NCBI RefSeq assembly: GCF_001186125.1
Contig: NW_014040372.1
Span: 80,281 to 120,287 of the forward strand
Source: Sphaeroforma arctica JP610
Lineage: Eukaryota
Reading direction: 5' to 3'
DNA length: 40,007 nucleotides
The notes below the pieces were generated by a model, which was given only the letters and a program-made list of their open reading frames with translations, searched no databases and had not been told where the DNA came from. A program made the translations under genes and the position numbers. This document shows, piece by piece, positions 1 through 11,300 of this stretch. The first letter of the stretch is position 1. Each line of letters starts with the position of its first letter.

Positions 1-382
1 GTACGTGTGTATGTATACGCCAGACCGTCACGTATATTAACACAGACTGATATGAATACGCACATCTTGCTCAATTTGATTCTTATTGTGATGTATACAT
101 GCTCCCAAACACTATTCGTAGGATTTTGAAACGTAGTTAAAAATGAATAGACAAGCCTGTATCGCCCGACAGTTTCGTGACGACTATTTGCGACTACTTT
201 ATAAAGCTATATGCAATCCCATATATTGTCTACGTCAATATGTTTTATGCTTCTGTGGTTGGTTAAAAGTGTGTCCGTCAACAAGCGATCTTGTCTCGGA
301 GTTCGGTATTATCTTGGAAGATAATATAGTTACATTTTTTAATAGTGTGCCAATGTACGACTGAACGCACAAATGTACATAC

Positions 383-539
383 CTGTGGTAATGTATAACA
401 GAAAGGCGCCTGCAATAGTGAGGACATACAGAGACGCCATCTGTCTGTACGGATCATCACGAGGAATCGTATGCGTCGATAATGACTTCCAAACATCATC
501 CAGCAGCAGATCATCTGCAACATCTAAAACTACGTCCAT
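383..539 (-). CDS. SC5D: First coding exon of a C-5 sterol desaturase (lathosterol oxidase, SC5D/ERG3-like); remainder lies left of the window
   Basis: MDVVLDVADDLLLDDVW...PRDDPYRQMASLYVLTIAGAFLLYITT matches the SC5D/ERG3 N-terminal pattern (MDxVLxxAD...PxDDxxRQxxSLxxxTxxGxxxLY). ATG at 539; phase-1 donor G|GTATGT at 383/382 on the minus strand. Confidence 0.85.
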
Positions 540-1143
540 GTTGTCGCGGTTCCTTGCGATATCGTAAATATGCGAGTGGTGGGTTTATATTCTCTTCTAT
601 GTGTAGCTCCGGTTGTAAATTGTCGTTACTATTAAGCAGTACATCCGTTATATTACCATGTCTCACATTACATATATATATTTACACCGGCAAACGAACA
701 CTGTCTTTTAAAATAGTATCAATATGTGTATAAAAGGCGGTGCATATATATTTAGAGTACGTACACTTCCCAAAGTTCTAACACATGACGATTATGAGCA
801 GAAGTAATAGTTTGCTACTATGTAGGCTGAGGGCTGATCTGGCACTGATTGGAGAAATGAATAAAAAAACTTCGGAATATTCATATATAAAAAATTCGAT
901 AAAAAAAAATTGAATAATCTTAGATGACCTGGTAAACGACAATAGCTGTTTTATTTTATATTTTTCGACCAGGAAGTACTTTCTACCTTGAAGTACGTCG
1001 CTCACTGACTCTCACACCAGTTCATATTGTTGGATATGCCTTGTCGTTAACCGTTCCATTGTATGTATCGGTCATACGATCTCAGTGTCCAATGAAAATG
1101 AAATATTTAATCGACATCAAAAAGATTACATAATATAAAAAGA

Positions 1144-1215
1144 GAGTGATCTGCGAAGTGACTCCCAGACCACCTTGGCGGCGGGCCTTCGCCGCTTTCC
1201 GAGACTCAGTCACTC
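1144..1215 (-). ncRNA. Candidate small structured RNA or structured DNA element (unassigned)
   Basis: GC-rich island in AT-rich DNA. Terminal inverted repeat GAGTGA(1144-1149)/TCACTC(1210-1215), inner hairpin GCGGCG(1178-1183)/CGCCGC(1190-1195). On the minus strand a T5 run (complement of 1137-1141) follows closely. Confidence 0.25.
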
Positions 1216-1778
1216 AGACGGGATAGAAGTTGAACGTAACCGTATATATATTCAATTTATAAAAGTTTTAACGTAAAATGGTTTGATTATTTATTTTAGA
1301 CTCCTCTCATATACGTGAAATATTTGTCATAAATTCCGTACACCACGTAGAGAGGAAGGTGAAAATGAACATTTGGTCTCGACCAATAGAAAGTACGTTT
1401 GATAACGTCGATCCTATTGGCTGTACAAACCCTATCCGTTGGCAATAGATCTATAAAAATTCAATTTTTAGAACAAAGTGGCGACAAGACCCAAATTTTC
1501 ACACATCATGATTAAGACACTGAACTGTGAGAAATAGTTACGTATCAAACGGTGCTTATATATGGCTTTATACGGCTATTGATTGGGTCCTGTACATTAT
1601 TGCACCAATCGATAGAGGACATCAATACAAGCATGACGCGACCCTGAAGTACCCGTTACGACGACTACAATGGCGTCAACGTGAAGCAAACCTACCTAAA
1701 ATTTATCGGTTTTTCAAAAACAAAATATCAGAAAAAAATACGAGTTGACTACAGGTTGATCTAACGAATCAATATTTT

Positions 1779-1820
1779 AATGGTGAGCTTATCACGCCGA
1801 ATGGTGAGCTTATCACGCCG
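1779..1820 (+). repeat. Perfect 21-bp tandem duplication
   Basis: AATGGTGAGCTTATCACGCCG at 1779-1799 and 1800-1820, immediately 5' of the non-LTR fragment. Confidence 0.95.
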
Positions 1821-1837
1821 ACGCTTGCAGACGCACC

Positions 1838-2464
1838 TTGGAACACACGTTACCTCCCCTTGAAACTGGCGCCCACACATGCCGAACCGAAACACTCCAA
1901 ATACCTGGGGTTCCCACTCTCTCACAGAGTACCAGGAATCAACCTCGCCAGACATATGGAATCCCTGGTTGCAGCATTGTCACTGGGTATCGCCTCTTTC
2001 CGCGCTTATGGCTTCCATGGCTTCAGCTGGCGACACCCCCGCAACCGACTGGTGATGTTCAAATCTTTCATCCTATCCATGTACCCCGGCTAATCATGCT
2101 GTTGAAGTACTACTTCCAAATTTCGGTTCAAACTAAATCATCGCGCTTGTTGGTTCCGACTATGATACTTCTGATCCAGGCCAGCCAACACATACCGAAT
2201 TCATCCGGGGTCTGGTGCGGCATTGGCTTACCCCCATCATCGCTCCTCGACCGGATTATGACGGATAACCTGGTCCTTCTCGGTATTTCGCACTCTGCAC
2301 TAACCCATTCCGCGGCACTACACGGCGCAGACCCGATCCGTACAACAGAGTTGGGTACTATACTTAGTAGGTCAGCAAGCGAATATATGGAACATTCGAT
2401 AGTAACAGTGTTTTGTCAACACCGGCCCGAATTGACTCAGCGCATATCTTCCATTGTCGACTAA
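1838..2464 (+). mobile_element. Degenerate non-LTR retrotransposon (LINE-like) fragment: RT C-terminal/thumb region
   Basis: Frame from 1860 reads KYLGFPLS...GINLARHM...GFHGFSW...RLVMFKSFILSM, the KYLG / 'RLxxYKSFIRS' pattern following RT domain 7 in non-LTR elements. It stops at 2093; continuation to ~2460 in another frame is tentative. Confidence 0.6.
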
Positions 2465-3845
2465 TTTGGCCCAAGCTTCAAACGGGAATTTACTGACCCC
2501 TTCTTCCCATCAATCTTTCCTGAACCACTACAGCGACTATGAGAGCCATACCATATGTTCATACATTGTAACCTACATACTTGTCATTTTTGAAATAAAT
2601 AATATTATCCCTACACATGCCCCTTACGGATGTAGCCACCTACACACGTAGCAAAGGCGATTAAGAAGCTCGTCAAGAACAGTGATCATACATGTAACTT
2701 CAGTAGGAACAGACTGTTTACAAAGGGATTAAAAAAACAACAGATGAATGAAAGCTGTCACAACATATTTGAAAATGGGTTGGATCATTCATGTGCAATA
2801 TCGCGTATCTAGTTTTAAAAATTACCAAAATGCATCGTACTATGTTCTTAGATCACCGTCAGGCTGCTCTTAAGTAAGCATCGGAGTTTGGACTATGCAT
2901 GTTCAACAAGAAGGGAGAAAACGGAGTCGTGGAGTTTTGTTGAGATTGGGCTTCTGAGAAAATGCACAATTGGTTTCAGGCTGAGGATATGTAGCAGTCT
3001 AGCAAGGGTCCGTACGAGGAATCGTCTGACGGGACCCCGTAAAACCAGCGAAATCTCTGAATCTGGACGGACTTGACAGCGACTGTGGAGCGCAGCAGAA
3101 ACTGAAAGGTCCTGTGGTAACAAAACCGAGTCAGGCTTAGTAAAGAGTGTTAAGTCTGAAATAAGTGAACTCGGTCAGAAGTGCCATTGGGAATGGCGCG
3201 CCTGCTATATTATTAATCATTTCGTCGATGTGAAACGAGACTTTCTCTACCTTTGGGTTATGTGAAAATATCCGTCTCTATGATTTTGGATGAGCCATCA
3301 TTTTTATCTCAATAGTTGCTCTGTTTCACTAATCTGTCCGGCCCTCTGGCCCGGTCCTCCAATATTATCCTGGGTCCGGTGTGTCCTCTGTTCTGGACCT
3401 TAAATTTTATCTCAGGCCCGGTCCTCACAAGAATACGCACCCCCAGCCCTAACAGTCGGGGTCAAGGTACTGACGTGGGGTCAGCAGTCTATGACGGCAA
3501 GCAAAAGCTGCCGGAGGTCTCAGTGGTGTTTTGCGAAAGCAGCCGCCTGAGATGTCTAGGGGCGACATGCCTCCCAGCTCTAGTGGGATAAAGGGGTGAC
3601 AGTGCCCCTGATGTGGTCCCGGCGAAGGTAGTACCCGGCGCTGGGACAGAGGTATAAGGTTTGTACTCCTCTATGATTCCTGATTTGGTCAACAGGATTG
3701 ATCTTCTGTCCTACAGAAGCGATTGATGAGTTGGATAAGCCTGAGATAGAGGCGTGCGAGTTGGCGAAGCTAAAAAACCGCATGAGCTTGCGCGATTGAA
3801 AGCAATGACAAAGGCGAGGCGTATAACAAGGAGGCCCATCGGTTC

Positions 3846-4205
3846 CTGAAGGTGGTCAAGATTTGCCTTCATACCAAGCCGAACGTGGCGCCGGCGAGGT
3901 TGTGCTACGGGGATGGTCTTGATAGGAATCATCCGCAGCAGCTAGAGTAGAAGGGGAAGATAGACGAGATGGTGGCGCAGGGTGTTACTATCGAGAAACA
4001 GACGGACATGGATGTACTGTGGTTGTCGAAGACAGTGATGGCGCGGAAAGACCCACGTACGGAGCCGAAGACTAATAACGATTGGCGGGTTTGAACTAAT
4101 TTCGCCAAGTGGCGCGCGAAGCTTGAGCAGGAGCCGTTCGGTTTCCCCTGAGCAGGATATGTTCCGCTGCCATATAGACGGCAAGCCCTGGGTGACTGTG
4201 TTCGG
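3846..4205 (+). mobile_element. Degenerate Ty3/Gypsy LTR-retrotransposon pol fragment (start of RT domain)
   Basis: Frame at 3846: LKVVKICLHTKPNVAPAR...QLE*KGKIDEMVAQGVTIEKQ...WLSKTVMARK...DWRV*TNFAKWRAKLEQEPFGFP, then after a frameshift EQDMFRCHIDGKPWVTVF. This parallels the Gypsy RT consensus 'EIDEMLxQGIIE..SPWASPVVLVKK..WRFCVDYRKLN...YPLPxIDELLDxLxGAKWFSKLD'. It breaks off before YxDD; a decayed upstream part probably extends to ~3400. Confidence 0.75.
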
Positions 4206-4628
4206 GAATGTATTTCTGAGATTGACAGCTGTTCTCCTGCTTCCATGCACGAAATACAGATTGACAAGCAATAATTCTACAACGGAAACCTACAACAAAT
4301 ACGCACACATGTACACACACACACAATCCACATATTACGCTTGAAAAAAATGCTGTTTTTTTCCAACACCAACAAAATAACAAACACAAAAGCAAAAAAA
4401 CAAACAACACTTCGCTGACTTGAGACACGGACTGATGAGTCATCATGGTGAGTGTCTATGTAACTGTGCTCTAAAAAGCATATTATTAATGCTGACTTAT
4501 AAATACGGTTTTTAAAATATCACGTTCTGGCGTGCGTCGGATAGACCAGCAGAATCATAGCAACGTATAACACATCATATATTAGAGAGATACTGTGAGG
4601 TAAGACATAATCACCTAGTAGCGAGAAG

Positions 4629-5214
4629 ATGGCTGTACCTGAGGATTCGCTTCCGATGCGGAAGAGAGACAGACTTCGTGAGGTGTTATACCAAATTTTT
4701 GGGGGCCTCAACGTATTGATGACTTCCGTTGGTATCAACTTCCTTTTCATGGGCCCCGGAGCAATTGTGTGGTCGTATAGCTCACGCCACTACCGATTCT
4801 TTTCCAACATTTTGCAAGGTAGGAATAGAGTGGAGATCTTGATACTTGAAATCATGTAGTGAGGTGTTCGTTCAGGAGGCGTTTGACGATAAAAGTGAAG
4901 TGTGATGCCGTTGGCATTCGAGCACGTGTGGAACCATCATTCAACCGCAGATATAGGTGGAGTTGAAACAGAGAAAAGAACACTCAAACATACGTGCGCG
5001 CTCATGCATCTATGTTTACCTGTAAGCAGATATCTATTGTCATCTACTGTGCAGAAGATACTGTGTAAGATGTATATCACTTTGCTCGTATACATATGAT
5101 ATTTACTAAGGTACATATTATTTTATCATCTCTGACACACACACACACACGCACGCGCGTACACACACACACAGAAACACACATACACACACACAAGCAC
5201 ACACACACATACAA

Positions 5215-5245
<31 letters not shown>

Positions 5246-5274
5246 CATACATACATAAATACATACATACATAC

Positions 5275-5367
<93 letters not shown>

Positions 5368-8300
5368 TACATANNNNNNNNNNNNNNNNNNNNATTTGTA
5401 TGTATATTTATTCGTACACAGTAGATGTATTAGTATGGACACATATTGTGTTCTGTTGCACATATACACTGGGTCACCATCAATTTAGTTGTTTATAGAC
5501 GACAATATGTAAATTTATAACCGTTCATTAGTATTACAGGATATGTATGGATGCTGTTTTGGTTTCTGCTTCATTCTTTGGCTAGGCATAGTTTTTTGTG
5601 GCTCGTGCTGGTCTAAATGAATACGCTCACACGTAGTTATAAAAACACATACTTATATTATGAATGCTTCTTGTATGTACCGAGAAATTCAGTATCACCA
5701 CTGTATTCATACAAGAATGTATTTTACCTTAGAAATGCAGTCTATCTAATCCAAGTGACGTTTATTAATATTTTGAGAGCATAGATTTGTTTATGTGTGT
5801 AGAGTCCTTATATGTAAAAGTAGATTCAATCACACACTATATTTGATTTTCAACGTTGGCCTCCACAGTTCATCATTTGGGCAGTTGTCTGCATGTATGA
5901 GTTAGCCAGATGAATATTCACACTCGGGTGTCGGTCTTACTCACCCAACCATGTCCAAATGCATGTATCATGTGCGCTTCCCGTATATACTACTTCCACA
6001 CACACTCGTGCACACTGCGCAGGGCTTATAGTTTTTTTTAATGCAATTTCGCCAACGTAATGACCACTTCACATTCTCGTCCATGACAGCCATGTGGATT
6101 GACGGAGTGTCATATGGACTGCCGGCGCCTGTCCTGGTGATTTCGGGTGACATGCCCCCAATGAAGCAAAACCTGGTGCGTTGTTTTTGGACACCTGTGT
6201 GAGCTGAGTACCAGACAATGCACATAGTCAGGATGAATGTGTGGTTAACAATGTCACTGGTACACGTGTTGGTAGTGCATGCTTAACGATGGCCAAAAGC
6301 AGAGTACAACTTCGTCTTTTCTGCTCACATAGTAGCTTGAAGTTTGGCATCATGGGCTTGAACATATTCCGGGTTCAAAGTACTGTGCATATCGAATCTC
6401 ACGCTATGTGTGGTGTAAGATCTCCTGAGTGTATCATTCTTCGGAGGCGCAAGAACATGTTAGACACATATCATCCATCGTATATCGCTACATCGTCCCC
6501 TGTTGCGTGCGGGGTCATAAATAGATGCGGTTGCAGGTGATATAGAACCTCTCCACCCACGCATTCATTCGTTCACGCACACCACACCATGTGCCCACAC
6601 ACTCCCTGTCACTCTCACCTCTATAGCTCATGCACAAATACACTCACTGCCTTATGCTCTCAGTCATCATAGCTCAGTTGCACTTTCTCTCGCACTACCT
6701 TGGATATGCAGGACGACGATGTGCACAGTGCTATCATCATCTCCAATCACACAGTGGACTATGACTGGTACTGCTTATGGCTGCTGGGCCGCGCCAGAGG
6801 CTACCATGGTGTCATGAAGATCATTTTGAAAGACTCTTTGAAGCACTTGCCGGTGTTCGGCTGGGGGTGAGTGTGTCTACCTTGGTCACATGTGGAAAGT
6901 GACGCTGTTGTGCTGTGGGTGACATATGGAGAGTTCTTCTGTGTAGTGATACGTTCTTGTACATATCCAGTTGTGGGATGTTTCGTTCGTTAATATGTTA
7001 CGTATGTGCACTCATGCTTTATTTGAGTAGAGATGCTTGTGCGTGTACGGGTTGGTGTGTATGTGTGGGTGTTTTTGTGTTGCTGTATCATCTGATGGCT
7101 GATATACATCACACGACTCTCGAGTATTTTTGAGTATTTTGACTATTTATGGCCGTTCACAAATTTGAACAACTCTCAGAGTGTCTCCGTCGAGCGTTAA
7201 GCCGTGGCGGTTGTCGTCTGTACTGCTCACAATCATCCCTATCACCACTGCTCATGGCCATAGCAGTCACCAGTCATTTCACATCGTCATAATTTTTGTT
7301 TGTTTCACACACCCATCGCATTTTTTATTCTTTGGCCCGTTCTGGTGCCCACTATGCGATGACTTGTCAATGCCCACAGTTACTCTGGGTGCCGTGTTGC
7401 TTCCCCTGCCTGAGGCTATCCTCACGCACCTTTTTCGCCCCAGCTGGCGTTCATTGTGCCGTGTTCGTTTAGACATCGCCAATACACCACATGTGGTTAT
7501 AGTAGACAGTTCCGAGCATCCACTTCCCACCTTCCTTGGCTTCTCCCTCTGCTCACCATCCCCTTGATACCCTTGCTTTCCGTAGGATGCAGTATTTTGA
7601 GTTCATCTTCCTGGCACGCGACTGGTCCAAGGACAAGCACAACCTCTACAAACTGCTGCGGTCGTTTGTACATGATGACATGCCGCTGTGGCTGCTGCTC
7701 TTCCCCGAGGGTACCACCATTTGCAAAGAGAGTCTGGAGAAGTCTTCTAATTTCGCAAAGTATGTGATCGTATGTGCGTGTCTGATGTACTACACGATGG
7801 TGTGCCTATGGCTGTGTGTTCAGTGTGTCTGTTGGAATGTTTGACTACGGGTGGATGCATGTTTTGTGTCACTCCGTGTGTGGGCGTAGGCAACTAAATT
7901 TTTATGACTGTTGTTCCTTGACAATGTATTTCTTTTATGGCTTGTCAGCGTGCGAAAATGTCACCTGTTGGGATGGACTATCCCAATGCAGCAAAAGAAT
8001 ATCGGGGATGGAGGATGCAAAGGGCCAACCAAATATGTTTTAGGGTTTGTCTAGGTGTGTATTAGGTGTGAGTCCGTTTGGCTTGCCGTTCTTGGATGAG
8101 GCGTGTGTCCGTGATGCGTGTGTTGGTCGATTTGTGCTCTCTTTCTGATGTATACGTGCAGGTGTGCATAACCACACGTGAAGGTTATCTCCATTTGCCC
8201 CAATGCCCATACCCATTGAATCAACTTTTATGCACAGGAAAAGCGGAAGAAGAGTGTTTGATAAACATCTACTGAGCCCGCGAACCCGCGGATTCGATGC

Positions 8301-11300
8301 TTGTTTGGACGCGATGAAAGTAGGCACGCCGACAGTGTATGACATCACGATGGCGTACGACAGCTACAGCGGCGAGATCGTAACGAATGATATGGGTATG
8401 TTTGTTGGGGTGTTCTATTGTAACCAATGATATAGGTATGTTTGTTGGTGTGTCCTATTGTTACCAATGATATGGGGATGTTTATTGGAGTGTTCTATTG
8501 TAACCAATGGTATGGGTATGTTTGTTGGGGAGTCCTATTGTAACCAATGTCATGGGTATGATTGTTGTGGTGTTTCTATGACTTCGGCTTTCACAACTAT
8601 TTCAAAGTATGTTATTTTGTTCTCTACTTCCTATAACCGAGCACTTGTTGTTTTTCCCCATTCACTTATTGTTTTTTCTCATGTTCCTGGTTAGTTGGTT
8701 TTTCTCATCTCTGAATGTACCGTGTAATATCAGTTTAATGCCTGGAACAGTTTATTATCTGCAAATTTGCGACGGCATGAACCTACACGAGGTTGTCACT
8801 GTATAGTGGAGTTTGTGTTCATTCTTTTTGGGTCTCCGGTAGGACTGCGACAAACCGCAACGCAAATTCAGCACAGGTGTGAGCGGATTAAGCGCATGGG
8901 TGGCCCTTGTCTGTGGCACCAAACAGCACATCGCTGTATGCGCCAAGCAAAACAATCGAATGAACACATCACATGTCTAACAGATGCACGAAACATGGTC
9001 ACACTACCACTGGGCCATAGCGCATACCATACACCACAGACATCTCTCACTCACATGCGGTCGTCTGTCCTTTGTTGCGGCCGCACCCACAGGCTACAAC
9101 CGAAATATAGACGTGAACATCCCTACAATGCTCAAGCTGCTGTCGGGCGAGAGGTGTCCGTTTGTGCACTTCCACATCCAGCAAATTCTGTACGAAGACA
9201 TAGATTTACACAACACAGAGAAGTTCTTGGACGATCTGTGGGCGGCGAAATATGACCGCATGGAGCGGTTTACTAAACTTAACAAATTCGCTGAGGAGGA
9301 CACGGGTGGTATGTGTTTAGTCACTGGTGGTATGTGTTTAGTCACGGGTGGTATGTGTTTACTCACTGGTGGTATGTGTTTAGTCACTGGTGGTATGTGT
9401 TTAGTCACGGGTGGTATGTGTTTAGTATGTGTTTAGTCACTGGCGGTATGTGTTTAGTCACTGGTGGTATGTGTTTAGTCACTGGCGGTATGTGTTTTGT
9501 CAGTGGTGGTATGTGTTTAGTCACTGGTGGTATGTGTTTAGTCACTGGTGGTATGTGTTTAGTCACTGGTGGTATGTGTTTAGTCACTGGTGGTATGTGT
9601 TTAGTCACTGGTGGTATGTGTTTAGTCACTGGTGATATGTGCTTAGTCACTGGTGGTATGTGTTTAGTCACGGGTGGCATGTGCTTAGTCACGGGTGGTT
9701 TGTGTTTAGTCACAGGTGGTTTATGCTTAGTCTCAGGTTGGTTGTGCTTAGTCACGGGTGGTTTATGCTTAGTCACAGGTGGTTTATGCTTAGTCACAAG
9801 TGGGTTGTGCTTAGTCACAGGTGGTTTATGCTTAGTCACAAGTGGGATGTGCTTAGTCACAGGTGGTTTATGCTTAATCACAGATGGGTTGTGCTTAGTC
9901 ACGGATGGTTTGGGCTTAGCGACGCATGCAGTGCTATGCAGTGTGATGTGTTGTGTTGTGGCATGGCAAGCGTTGCATTTGTGGGATTTCGGCTGTGCCC
10001 AGCTGTGGGGCATCTGCGTATAGTGGCTGTTTGTGGTGTGTATACATTTGGGTTGGTGATGGTATTGCCGATTTTCCTGCCTCATATTCTACTCTTCTCA
10101 AGTGTCACGGTATCTTATCCGCACCTACACTGTAATAAAAGTTGTTGTTACAGTGATTGTGATTCTACATCATCGCAGCTTGGAAGGTGTGCTACAGCAG
10201 CCACTGCATCATCATAGAACACTCCGTCTGCGTAAATAAAAGTATCAGACGTATGCGATCAAATGACAAACATAATCATAGCGTACAAATGTTCATCCCC
10301 CCCTTCTCCTTCACCCACACCCACCTTTCAATACGGATATTTCTTTTACCGGTTACTAATATTGTGTTTATAATGGGCTACAATGACAATCACTACACAG
10401 GCAAAGCCATTCACGAGACTGTAGCCATCAACCCCACATCAGCCATCATTGCGTGGGCGGCGGCTATTCTGGGCTCTTATTGGACGGTATGTGCCATGGC
10501 AACCAGTGCCACTGAAATGATTGGGGCGGTTGATTAGCAATGGCTCTGAAATGGGTTGTCGATTGAGAGCGGTAGTTCAAATCAGGCTGTACGTCATATC
10601 AATCGCCTTGTGAGTGCCCAATGGATAGCGGCGTAGCGTCTTATGCTGTGGATTGTCGGGAGTGTTGTGTGTTGAATCTCTGCAGTTGTGGGGGTTCCAT
10701 AGGGTGTTCCTTGTTAAGCGTTGTTGTAAGCCTTCGTAACGACCCGCTGAGTATGCTTAGCCTTGTACTCCACTGTTTATAAATACAAACATTTATAGAT
10801 ATTATAGATAGGTCCAAACTCCATTGTTTATAAACAGAAACAACTATAGATATTATAGATAGGTCCAAACTCCACTGTTTATAAACAGAAACATCTATAG
10901 ATATTGTAGATAGGTCTAAACTCCACTGTTTATAGATTAAAACATTTATTGATATTATAGATAAGTCCAAACTCCACTGTTTATAAATAGAAACATTTAT
11001 AGATATCATAGATAGGTCCAAACTCCACTGTTTATAAACAGAAACATCTATAGATATCATAGATAAGTCCAAACTCCACTGTATATAGATAAAAACATTT
11101 ATTGGGATTATAGATAGGTCCAAACTCCACTGTTTATAAATAGAAACATTTATAGATATTATAGATAGGTCCAAACTCCATTGTGGATATGCCTTCTGCT
11201 CTCATAGTATGCTCTGTGTATGAATTCAGCTGCTGTCATCGCCGCTGTATCATTCTTAAAATAGTACGAGTTTCACCCCACTCGGATTAAACGGGTGACA

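Noticed and set aside
1144..1220. Hammerhead ribozyme (CUGAGUGA...GAAA on minus strand)
   Set aside because: The core does not match CUGAnGA, stem II is not formed, and there is no UH cleavage triplet after the GCGGCG/CGCCGC stem.
4445..4628. ATG micro-exon followed by GTGAGT as the true start of the acyltransferase
   Set aside because: The better acceptors (TAG at 4618 and 4621) are out of frame with the ORF at 4629. More likely a 5'-UTR intron; cannot be resolved without cDNA.
9313..10217. Long ORFs made of TGGMCLV / FSHWWYV / PPVTKHI repeats
   Set aside because: Translations of the 21-bp intronic minisatellite; open in several frames on both strands because the unit lacks stops.
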